Assembly (NCBI GenBank): GCA_030745655.1
Contig: JASLOE010000002.1
Coordinates: 38,761 to 102,760 of the forward strand
Direction: 5' to 3'
DNA: 64,000 bases
Source: Nitrososphaerales archaeon
GTDB taxonomy: Archaea; Thermoproteota; Nitrososphaeria; Nitrososphaerales; JACPRH01
The notes beneath the pieces are model-generated. The model did not search any database. It was not told the DNA's origin and saw nothing but the letters and a program-made list of their open reading frames with translations. The translations under genes and the position numbers were made by a program. Positions 57,061 through 64,000 of the stretch are shown here, piece after piece. Within the stretch, counting starts at the first letter, position 1; each line of letters starts with the position of its first letter.

Positions 57061-58209
57061 TCAATCAAGTGACGATATAGCTATGCCGTCAGGTCCATCG
57101 CCCACTTCAATGATTCCAACAACTTCGAGTTTATCGAGATCTATAATTGATATGTAGTTTGTTGCTAAGTTTGAAATGTAGGCGAAGTTTTCATTTGTGT
57201 GAAACGCGATCATTATTGGTCTAGGACCTACCTGTAGAGTCACTATAACTTCTGTTGTTGTAGCGTTTAAAATTGAAACTTCATTAGTATTGAAATGTGA
57301 TATGAGAATTAGTTTTTGATCAGGTGTGATTGATATTCGAATAGGTCTTCCACCCATTTCATCAATCGTATCTATGATTTGTCTAGTATCTGTATCGATA
57401 ATCGATATAGTCCCCGAACCTTGATTAGCAACATAAAGAATTTTTCCGTCTAGACTCAATGCTAACCCTTCTGGGCCTTCATCAACAATGATGGTATCTA
57501 CAACTGTGTTACTTGAAATATCTAAAACTGAAACCGAGTTAGAAGCAATATTTGTAACATAAGCGAATGTATCGGTAGAATCTATCACTATCATGTGAGG
57601 TGCTATTCCAACATTAATAGCTGCGATTCTTTCATTATTTTCAGTATTGAAAACCCAGACCTGTTGAGGATTATCCACCGTCACATAGAGATACTTGCCA
57701 TTTTGGGTTAATGCCAACCCATGAGGATAGTTGCCAGTTGGCATTATTGCAATTGTATCAAGAGTTTCTATATCCACTACCGAAACCATCCTGCTTCCAG
57801 CAACAGCCACATACAAAAGAGGGCGAGTAGGGTGAAGAACAACCTCATGAGGATTATCCCCTACATCGAAAGTTGAAACAACCTCTCCAGTCCCGAGATC
57901 TACTATGTAGATATCGTCGGATTGCTGATGAGCTACATAAGCAAAAGGTCCACCACTTTCATCAATTATAGAATTAACTGTAATTGTTCTAGTTATAGTG
58001 GCAGTTGTAGTTGCCGTTGTGGTGACTGTAATTATAGAAGAATTGGTGGATGTTACTGTAGTTGTACCGAAAACTGTTTGGACCATTGTCTCCGTTTTAG
58101 TAATCGTCTCAATTTTGGTACTCGGTACAGGAGTCATTCCAATCATCCAAACTAGACCGGATAATAAAATTATTATTGTAACAACTAATCCTATGTGAAC
58201 TTTATCCAT
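57061..58209 (-). CDS. YVTN-family beta-propeller repeat protein with N-terminal anchor and Thr-rich stalk
   Basis: It has ~40-aa repeats with YVAVAGS, YVTVDN, YVTNIASN, YVANQGSG and YISNLATN. The N-terminal TM helix is followed by TTTATTTATITRT. Confidence 0.75.
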   Translation of the reverse strand: MDKVHIGLVVTIIILLSGLVWMIGMTPVPSTKIETITKTETMVQTVFGTTTVTSTNSSIITVTTTATTTATITRTITVNSIIDESGGPFAYVAHQQSDDIYIVDLGTGEVVSTFDVGDNPHEVVLHPTRPLLYVAVAGSRMVSVVDIETLDTIAIMPTGNYPHGLALTQNGKYLYVTVDNPQQVWVFNTENNERIAAINVGIAPHMIVIDSTDTFAYVTNIASNSVSVLDISSNTVVDTIIVDEGPEGLALSLDGKILYVANQGSGTISIIDTDTRQIIDTIDEMGGRPIRISITPDQKLILISHFNTNEVSILNATTTEVIVTLQVGPRPIMIAFHTNENFAYISNLATNYISIIDLDKLEVVGIIEVGDGPDGIAISSLD

Positions 58210-58349
58210 TTTAATTAAATTGATAATATTGATACATATTATTTAAACAACTTCTCTTTAGCTTATCTGAGTAATAAAATGTCTGAAAATGAATTATACA
58301 CAAACTTAATACTGCAAGAATGCCTCATCAAACAAAGGTAACTTGTTAA

Positions 58350-59081
58350 ATGTGTCGAATGCTAGCTATGATTAGCTTAAAACCACTTAATGCCAATTAC
58401 CTAGATGATTTTAGAAGACTCGCAGAAACAGGAAAAGTAAAAAGTGATCACAAAACTTCTGGGCATAAAGATGGTTGGGGAATCGTACATATCGATAAAG
58501 TACCAACTGATCTTGGCCATAAGGCATTGCATGAAGATGGACCCGTTGAAGCCAACGCTTCAACATCCAAAGGATATGAGAAAGTTTATGGAAATATAAA
58601 AAAAGAGCGAATGAATGGTATCTTTCTATCACATTTAAGAAAAGCCTCTTCAGGCAAAAAAGTTAGAGAAAACACTCCACCATTTATTGAAGATGATTGG
58701 GTATTTTCACATAATGGGAACATCTATGGTCTTGGGAATGAACAATTTAGTGACAGCAGGATCTTCTTCAAAATGCTTGTAGAAAAAATTACTGAAACAC
58801 GGGATTTACAGAAAGGTATCTATGAAGTAATTAACAAGATTAAAGAGAATTATGAATATGATTCATTAACCTTTCTTTTATCCAACAACAACACCCTTTG
58901 CGCCTACCGAGATTTTGCCAAAGAAGATGATTATTACACGATTAAATATGCAATAACAAAAGACTCAACACTAATATTAGTTCAAGAAGAAATCTGGAAC
59001 TTAAACTGGAACACTGTACCTAATGAAAGTCTAATTATCGTGAATAATGATTTGAGGATATTGGGTCCATTAAAAATCTAA
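58350..59081 (+). CDS. class II (Ntn) glutamine amidotransferase-like protein
   Basis: The N-terminal MCRMLA provides the Cys2 nucleophile. HKDGWG and FSHNGNIY motifs are present. Confidence 0.7.
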   Translation: MCRMLAMISLKPLNANYLDDFRRLAETGKVKSDHKTSGHKDGWGIVHIDKVPTDLGHKALHEDGPVEANASTSKGYEKVYGNIKKERMNGIFLSHLRKASSGKKVRENTPPFIEDDWVFSHNGNIYGLGNEQFSDSRIFFKMLVEKITETRDLQKGIYEVINKIKENYEYDSLTFLLSNNNTLCAYRDFAKEDDYYTIKYAITKDSTLILVQEEIWNLNWNTVPNESLIIVNNDLRILGPLKI

Positions 59082-59191
59082 TTTATTGTAGTTTAAAGAA
59101 CAGAAGAAAATACTGCCAAACAGATAAAGTAAATTATGTGAATCTCGGAATATTATCTGCAATTAATGAAGATACTTTATTTTCAAGCACA

Positions 59192-59779
59192 TCATACTTT
59201 TCTGAATTCATCTAATACATTCGATAATTGATTTGAGTCTAGGAGACCAACTCGACTATACGCTATAACTCCAAATCTATCAACCACAAAAGTCGTAGGC
59301 AAAAGCTCTACTTCAAATGAAGAAAAAATGTCGTCCTCATCTAAGATAAACGTCCAATCAGCACAATATTTTGATTTAAAATCGATTACATCATTGACTG
59401 TCCCATTACCTTCAATTGCAATTGAAAGAAAAACCACGTCTTCATTCGCATAAAGATTGTGAAGCTCAATCAAGTCTCCCATCTCCCAAATACACGAAGC
59501 ACACCAAGTTCCCATAAAATTTAGTAAAACAACTTTACCTTGAAGGGCTGAAAGACTGAAGTTGTCTCCAAAGACATCTGACTGCGAAATCTCAGGTGCA
59601 TTTTCACCAACTTCAAGCAAAGTAGAAAGCGAAATCTCTTCTAAATCAGATGGTGCTGAAGGAGCTTCAGAACAAACCTGAGGACTAACATCTAGATAAA
59701 AAAAAGAATAGCCAATAACAAAAACCCCGATTACAGCCACAGAAATAATACTCAAAAGAAGAATTTGTTTATTTTTCAT
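59192..59779 (-). CDS. TlpA/ResA-like membrane-anchored thioredoxin
   Basis: It has an N-terminal TM helix and the active site GTWCASC. Confidence 0.8.
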   Translation of the reverse strand: MKNKQILLLSIISVAVIGVFVIGYSFFYLDVSPQVCSEAPSAPSDLEEISLSTLLEVGENAPEISQSDVFGDNFSLSALQGKVVLLNFMGTWCASCIWEMGDLIELHNLYANEDVVFLSIAIEGNGTVNDVIDFKSKYCADWTFILDEDDIFSSFEVELLPTTFVVDRFGVIAYSRVGLLDSNQLSNVLDEFRKV

Positions 59780-59950
59780 TAACGCTAATCAACTCATTCC
59801 CATTTATATTAACTACTTTGCATATCCTAAATCTCTTTACCATTCTAGAAATCGATAGATAGAATGTTGTGAGACCCTTAATATGTTTCTAAGTATCAAA
59901 TAATCATTGATGCTGTATGTAATGATTCATTCCACAATATTCTTAGTATC

Positions 59951-61081
59951 TTAAAGTTTCTTTATTTTTGCAGCGATTGCTTCACCCATATCGCTTGTGC
60001 CAGCTTTTCCACCGAGATCATATGTTTTGACTTTTCCTTCCTTTAAAACCTCGGTAACTGCTTGCTCCAATTTGTCAGCTGAACTTCGTAAGCCAATATC
60101 TTCCAGTAGTAATCCTCCTGAAAGTATTGTAGCTACTGGGTTTGCTCTATTCATCCCTTTATACTTTGGTGCTGAGCCATGGATTGGCTCAAACATAGAG
60201 GTGCCTTCAGGATTAATGTTTCCACCTGCAGCAAAACCCAGTCCTCCTTGTATCATTGCTCCAAGGTCAGAGATTACATCTCCAAACAAATTAGGTGTAA
60301 CTGCAACCTGATACCACTCAGGATTCTTTACAAACCACATGTTTGTAGCATCAACAAACGTGAAATCAGTATCTATTCTAGGGTAATCTTGGGCAACCTC
60401 AGAGAATATTTTTCGCCACATACCATACATGTGAGTTATAACATTGGCTTTATCCACAGATGTAACTTTTGTTCTGTTGTGGTCAACTGCGTAATCAAAA
60501 GCATATTTCACTATTCTCTTTATACCTCCTCTCGTTAGAACTCCAAGCTGAAACGCAACTTCATCAGCATCTGTTTCAACATCTATCCCAAATTTCACAT
60601 CATATGTCTCACGAATCAGGTCAAGTTTAGTATGGCTCTTACCTTTATCTACCTTAGCGCCTAACCCAACATAGAAGTCCTCAGTATTCTCTCTTACAAC
60701 AGTGAAATTGATATCTTTAGATGTCTTATTCTTCAAAGGTGTCTCAACACCTTCGTATAGTTTTACAGGTCGAAGATTCACATACTGATCCATATAGAAC
60801 CGCAATCTCAAAAGAATACCTAACTCGAGAATTCCAGGCTCAATTCTATCGTCACCGAGAGCCCCAAGATAAATCGCTTTATACTTCTTCAGCTCCTTTA
60901 AAGTATCTTCACCAATCAACTCTCCTGTCTTAAGATAATGATCAGCACCGTGAGGATATTCTATCCATTCAACATCAAACCCATCTACCTCGCTTACAGC
61001 ATCAATTACTTTTCTACCTTCTTCAATTATCTCGGCGCCAATACCATCACCAGGAATCACTGGAATTTTATACGTGGTCAA
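59951..61081 (-). CDS. beta-decarboxylating dehydrogenase (3-isopropylmalate / tartrate / isocitrate dehydrogenase family)
   Basis: It has [35 protein letters not shown] and EPIHGSAP. The substrate cannot be assigned by eye. Confidence 0.85.
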   Translation of the reverse strand: MTTYKIPVIPGDGIGAEIIEEGRKVIDAVSEVDGFDVEWIEYPHGADHYLKTGELIGEDTLKELKKYKAIYLGALGDDRIEPGILELGILLRLRFYMDQYVNLRPVKLYEGVETPLKNKTSKDINFTVVRENTEDFYVGLGAKVDKGKSHTKLDLIRETYDVKFGIDVETDADEVAFQLGVLTRGGIKRIVKYAFDYAVDHNRTKVTSVDKANVITHMYGMWRKIFSEVAQDYPRIDTDFTFVDATNMWFVKNPEWYQVAVTPNLFGDVISDLGAMIQGGLGFAAGGNINPEGTSMFEPIHGSAPKYKGMNRANPVATILSGGLLLEDIGLRSSADKLEQAVTEVLKEGKVKTYDLGGKAGTSDMGEAIAAKIKKL

Positions 61082-61144
61082 TTAGTTTCACTACTCAACA
61101 CAGAAAAACTGGGTCTCTATAAGTTTTAGCCGTAAAATATAAAA

Positions 61145-62278
61145 TTATATGGCAGATGGCTTTGCAAGGAATGTTGACATCTCAGGGTCTATTCTTTCTT
61201 GATTTATGCTCATAGATTCAACCACCAAATCATTATACAGCTTTAAAGCCTCTTGGTCCTCATTTACTCCAACTACAACTGCAATACCGCTTGATAATAT
61301 ACTGATAATAATTTCATCATCATAATTGAACGTAACTCCAAGCCTTCCTTGAACACTTATCTTGAAACCTTTCTTCTTCATCTTCCCAGTCAAAATTTGG
61401 ATATCCAAATTCAAATTTTCTCTAGGTGTTATGGTGAGTGTTCTCTTACCGTGCTCACGTCCACAAAGCTCTTTCACAAGTTTTCTCGGAATCGATTTTG
61501 GAGACTCTGTTTTTTTATTCCCACACGTCAAACATGCTTCTTGCCTAGAAATATCTATTTGATCAAAACTCAAGTCTTTAACGTCAAAGTAAACTAAACG
61601 CCCAGCTAATTTAGGTGCTTTTCCAATAAGAATGCGTACAGTTTCAGAAACTTGAATACTTCCAATAATGGAAAGAATCGATGGATGTACACCTTCTACT
61701 CCGCATTTCGGAAGTTGGTCATCATCAAGGTTTGGCGCAAAACATTCAACACAAGGTGATTTACCTGGAATTATTGTCGTTGATGAACCTATGGTTTCTA
61801 TTGCTGCACCATAAATATACGGAATACCTTCAGCAATACACGCTCGATTTACTAAATATCGAGTTTCTATAGAATCAAGTCCATCTACAACAACATCCAT
61901 GCCCTTCACAATATCTTCTACACTATCTTCGTTAACAGATACCGTTAATGCCTCAATATTGAGATTAGGATTTATCGCCTTCAACTTCTTTTCAGCAACC
62001 TCGGCTTTTGGATAACCAATGTCATACAAATTATAGAGAGTCTGTCTGTGAAGATTAGAAATCTCGATTACATCTCTATCAATGATCCTAAGTGTACCAA
62101 CCCCCATTGCTGTGAGCTGTTGAGCTATAGGTGACCCTAAACCTCCAACACCAATTATGCAGACTTTTCCTTCACGAAGTTTAATTTGACCCTTATATCC
62201 TATTTCATCAAGAACAATCTGTCGCGAATATCGCTCCTTTTCTTCATCCGTAAAAGACAAGCCTTCATCCTCCACCAA
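61145..62278 (-). CDS. E1-like adenylyltransferase (ThiF/MoeB/UbaA family) with ~120-aa C-terminal extension
   Basis: It has YSRQI, the nucleotide loop IIGVGGLGSPIAQQL, IIDRDVIEISNLHRQ and the zinc pairs CVEC / CLTC. No rhodanese signature is present in the extension. Confidence 0.85.
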   Translation of the reverse strand: MVEDEGLSFTDEEKERYSRQIVLDEIGYKGQIKLREGKVCIIGVGGLGSPIAQQLTAMGVGTLRIIDRDVIEISNLHRQTLYNLYDIGYPKAEVAEKKLKAINPNLNIEALTVSVNEDSVEDIVKGMDVVVDGLDSIETRYLVNRACIAEGIPYIYGAAIETIGSSTTIIPGKSPCVECFAPNLDDDQLPKCGVEGVHPSILSIIGSIQVSETVRILIGKAPKLAGRLVYFDVKDLSFDQIDISRQEACLTCGNKKTESPKSIPRKLVKELCGREHGKRTLTITPRENLNLDIQILTGKMKKKGFKISVQGRLGVTFNYDDEIIISILSSGIAVVVGVNEDQEALKLYNDLVVESMSINQERIDPEMSTFLAKPSAI

Positions 62279-62546
62279 CAGCTGGAAGAAGCATTACAAT
62301 ATCCCCATCATTCAACTTTGTTTCAAAGTTTGATAGAAATCTGATGTTTTTTCCGTTCACATAAAAATTCAATAAACGTTTGGGTTTACCTGTTGGGTCA
62401 AGAATTCTTCTCTCAAATTCTGATCCATACTTTGAAACCAATAAGGAAACTGCATCACCTACAGTTGCTGCATCTACTTCTATTTCCCTAATTCCTCCAG
62501 TAATGCTTGCAAGAACCCCTGGAACTGTAAATTTGATTTTTGCCAC
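62265..62546 (-). CDS. MoaD/ThiS-family ubiquitin-like sulfur-carrier/SAMP-like protein
   Basis: 93 aa ending ...DGDIVMLLPAVGGG. It overlaps the E1 gene by 14 nt and starts 6 nt after the thrC-like stop. Confidence 0.8.
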   Translation of the reverse strand: MAKIKFTVPGVLASITGGIREIEVDAATVGDAVSLLVSKYGSEFERRILDPTGKPKRLLNFYVNGKNIRFLSNFETKLNDGDIVMLLPAVGGG

Positions 62547-62552
62547 ACAACA

Positions 62553-63776
62553 TCACCTAGAAAGAATTGGTGCTAAAGATTGAATATCCGGTTCAACAAC
62601 AATGGGTTTTGGTAACTGACTTGAAATAGCTTCAGGAGTCTTTAAACCGTTTCCTGTGATATAGCAAACAACATTTTCGTCACGATCAATATTTCCATCA
62701 TCAATAAGTCTCTTCAAAACTGCAATTGAAACACCGCCTGCAGGTTCAGTGTATATCCCTTCACTCTTTGCAAGAAGCCTAATTCCATCTCTAATTTCTT
62801 GATCTACCGGATCCTCAGCGAACCCTTTTGAGTCCTTTATCGTATTCAATGCATATATTCCGTCACCAGGGTCTCCAATCGCCAGACTCTTAGCTAAAGT
62901 TCTAGGTGTTTCAATAGGTGTAATGAAATCTTTCCCTTTCTTTATAGCATCAACTATGGGTGCGCAACCCGCTCCTTGTGCAGCCGTAATCTTGGTGTTA
63001 CAATCATCTAAAAGCCCAACTTTCACCAACTCATCAAAACCTTTCTTTATCGCACAAAGAAGTGCACCACTTGCTGTAGGAACAATAACATGGTCAGGTG
63101 CTTTCCAACCGAGTTGCTCAGCAACTTCAAAACCGAGAGTCTTTGATCCCTCTACATAATAAGACCTAATATTTACATTAACTACTCCTATTTTATACAT
63201 GTCTGCAGCCTGTGTAAGCATCCGGTTAGCATCATCATAGGTTCCTTTTACTGCAACAACCTGTGCGCCATAAGCAGAAGCCTGAACAATCTTGTTAGGC
63301 TCGATGTCAGAAGGAACAAAAATGTAGCAAGGTAACTGGGCTCTAGCAGCATGAGCTGCTGTTGCTGCTGCAAGATTTCCTGTAGAAGGGCAACCTACAG
63401 CATTCAAGTTAAACTCCAACGACTTGGATACAGCAACTGTTGCAGGTCTATCCTTAAAAGAGAAACTTGGATTTACCGAATCATTCTTTATGAAAAGATT
63501 TTTCAAACCCAATCTTTCACCAAGCCCAATACTCCTCTGCAGTGGTGTAAAACCAGCTCCAAGATCCACAGCTTTACCAGGGTCATTAAGTGGGAGAAGC
63601 TCAATATACCTCCAGAGACTCTTAACTCTATCAGTGAAAGAATTGGGAGCCAAATCAATACTATCATAATCATAAACAGTATCTAAAGGCCCAAAACACT
63701 CATCACAAATATGTCTCAATGTCGGTGTGTATTCTTCATTACATTCTCTGCAAACTAATTTAGATACTTCACCCAT
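62553..63776 (-). CDS. threonine synthase-family PLP enzyme (ThrC, or a MetM-like paralogue) with N-terminal zinc ribbon
   Basis: The PLP-lysine motif is NPSFSFKDRPA. The N-terminal ribbon is CRECNEEY...CDEC. 407 aa. Confidence 0.85.
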   Translation of the reverse strand: MGEVSKLVCRECNEEYTPTLRHICDECFGPLDTVYDYDSIDLAPNSFTDRVKSLWRYIELLPLNDPGKAVDLGAGFTPLQRSIGLGERLGLKNLFIKNDSVNPSFSFKDRPATVAVSKSLEFNLNAVGCPSTGNLAAATAAHAARAQLPCYIFVPSDIEPNKIVQASAYGAQVVAVKGTYDDANRMLTQAADMYKIGVVNVNIRSYYVEGSKTLGFEVAEQLGWKAPDHVIVPTASGALLCAIKKGFDELVKVGLLDDCNTKITAAQGAGCAPIVDAIKKGKDFITPIETPRTLAKSLAIGDPGDGIYALNTIKDSKGFAEDPVDQEIRDGIRLLAKSEGIYTEPAGGVSIAVLKRLIDDGNIDRDENVVCYITGNGLKTPEAISSQLPKPIVVEPDIQSLAPILSR

Positions 63777-63871
63777 TGCTTTTCGACTCTACTATTAAAG
63801 TCGACAAAATTCAGGTATAAATAGTTTAATGACAAATATATTAATATATGAATATTTACTGTGTGTTCTTT

Positions 63872-64000
63872 TTAGATGCGTCTTATTAGATCCAGCATTT
63901 TTTTATCTCCTATCTTTTCAATGGCTGAAACCTTGAACTCACTCAACATCTCCTTAGAATACCCCTCATCCATATATTCAGATGCTTGTAATGCCATCTC
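63872..64000 (-). CDS. C-terminal 42 codons of an unidentified gene running off the window end
   Basis: Own translation of the minus strand gives EMALQASEYMDEGYSKEMLSEFKVSAIEKIGDKKMLDLIRRI*, with the stop at 63872-63874. Confidence 0.3.
   Translation of the reverse strand, partial: EMALQASEYMDEGYSKEMLSEFKVSAIEKIGDKKMLDLIRRI

Noticed and set aside
1-64000. CRISPR array, cas1/cas2, rRNA genes, transposases and integrases.
   Set aside because: I looked for regularly spaced direct repeats and for the corresponding protein signatures in all listed ORFs and intergenic gaps, and found none.

Overview
This is an AT-rich (roughly one-third G+C by eye) 64-kb chromosomal segment that reads as archaeal. 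Supporting features are a class-I (archaeal-type) CCA-adding enzyme, an Alba-like protein, an XPD/Rad3-type helicase, a MoaD/ThiS-type beta-grasp protein ending in GG next to an E1-like enzyme, a tRNA with a non-canonical insertion, A/T-rich TATA-like boxes and many TTG/GTG starts. All domain calls come from motif recognition by eye, with no searches run. I can support about 65 protein genes (two partial at the window edges), one tRNA, two apparently disrupted genes and a few cis-elements. I saw no rRNA, CRISPR array, transposase or integrase.

Gene content falls into three groups:
- RNA maintenance: ThpR/LigT, CCA enzyme, RIO-like kinase, tRNA-Pro, QueT-QueC.
- Central metabolism: citrate synthase, an isopropylmalate-dehydrogenase-family enzyme, and a thrC-moaD-E1 operon.
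- A large set of envelope and extracytoplasmic redox proteins: a PQQ alcohol-dehydrogenase-like propeller, a hexahaem and a monohaem c-type cytochrome, VKOR plus thioredoxins, SCO1, a 1510-aa S8 protease, YVTN and other beta-propellers, and a MoxR-DUF58 operon.

The most unusual stretch is 33.1-44.8 kb. It is a run of ORFs dominated by nuclease and helicase domains:
- a UvrD helicase fused to a Cas4-type Fe-S nuclease
- a second Cas4-like nuclease
- a beta-CASP nuclease
- an Alba-like plus PIN pair
- a DUF2400-like/PD-(D/E)XK fusion
- a coiled-coil nuclease-like protein

The run ends in a truncated DNA methyltransferase. Two of its transcription units are preceded by an identical 22-nt motif. 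I regard this as the best candidate for an undescribed defence or DNA-processing system.

Other notable signals are a structured leader with a duplicated SD/anti-SD arrangement in front of queT-queC, an XPD-like helicase carrying an RPB9/TFS-like zinc ribbon next to a stand-alone Cas4-like gene, and several zinc-finger miniproteins missing from the ORF track.
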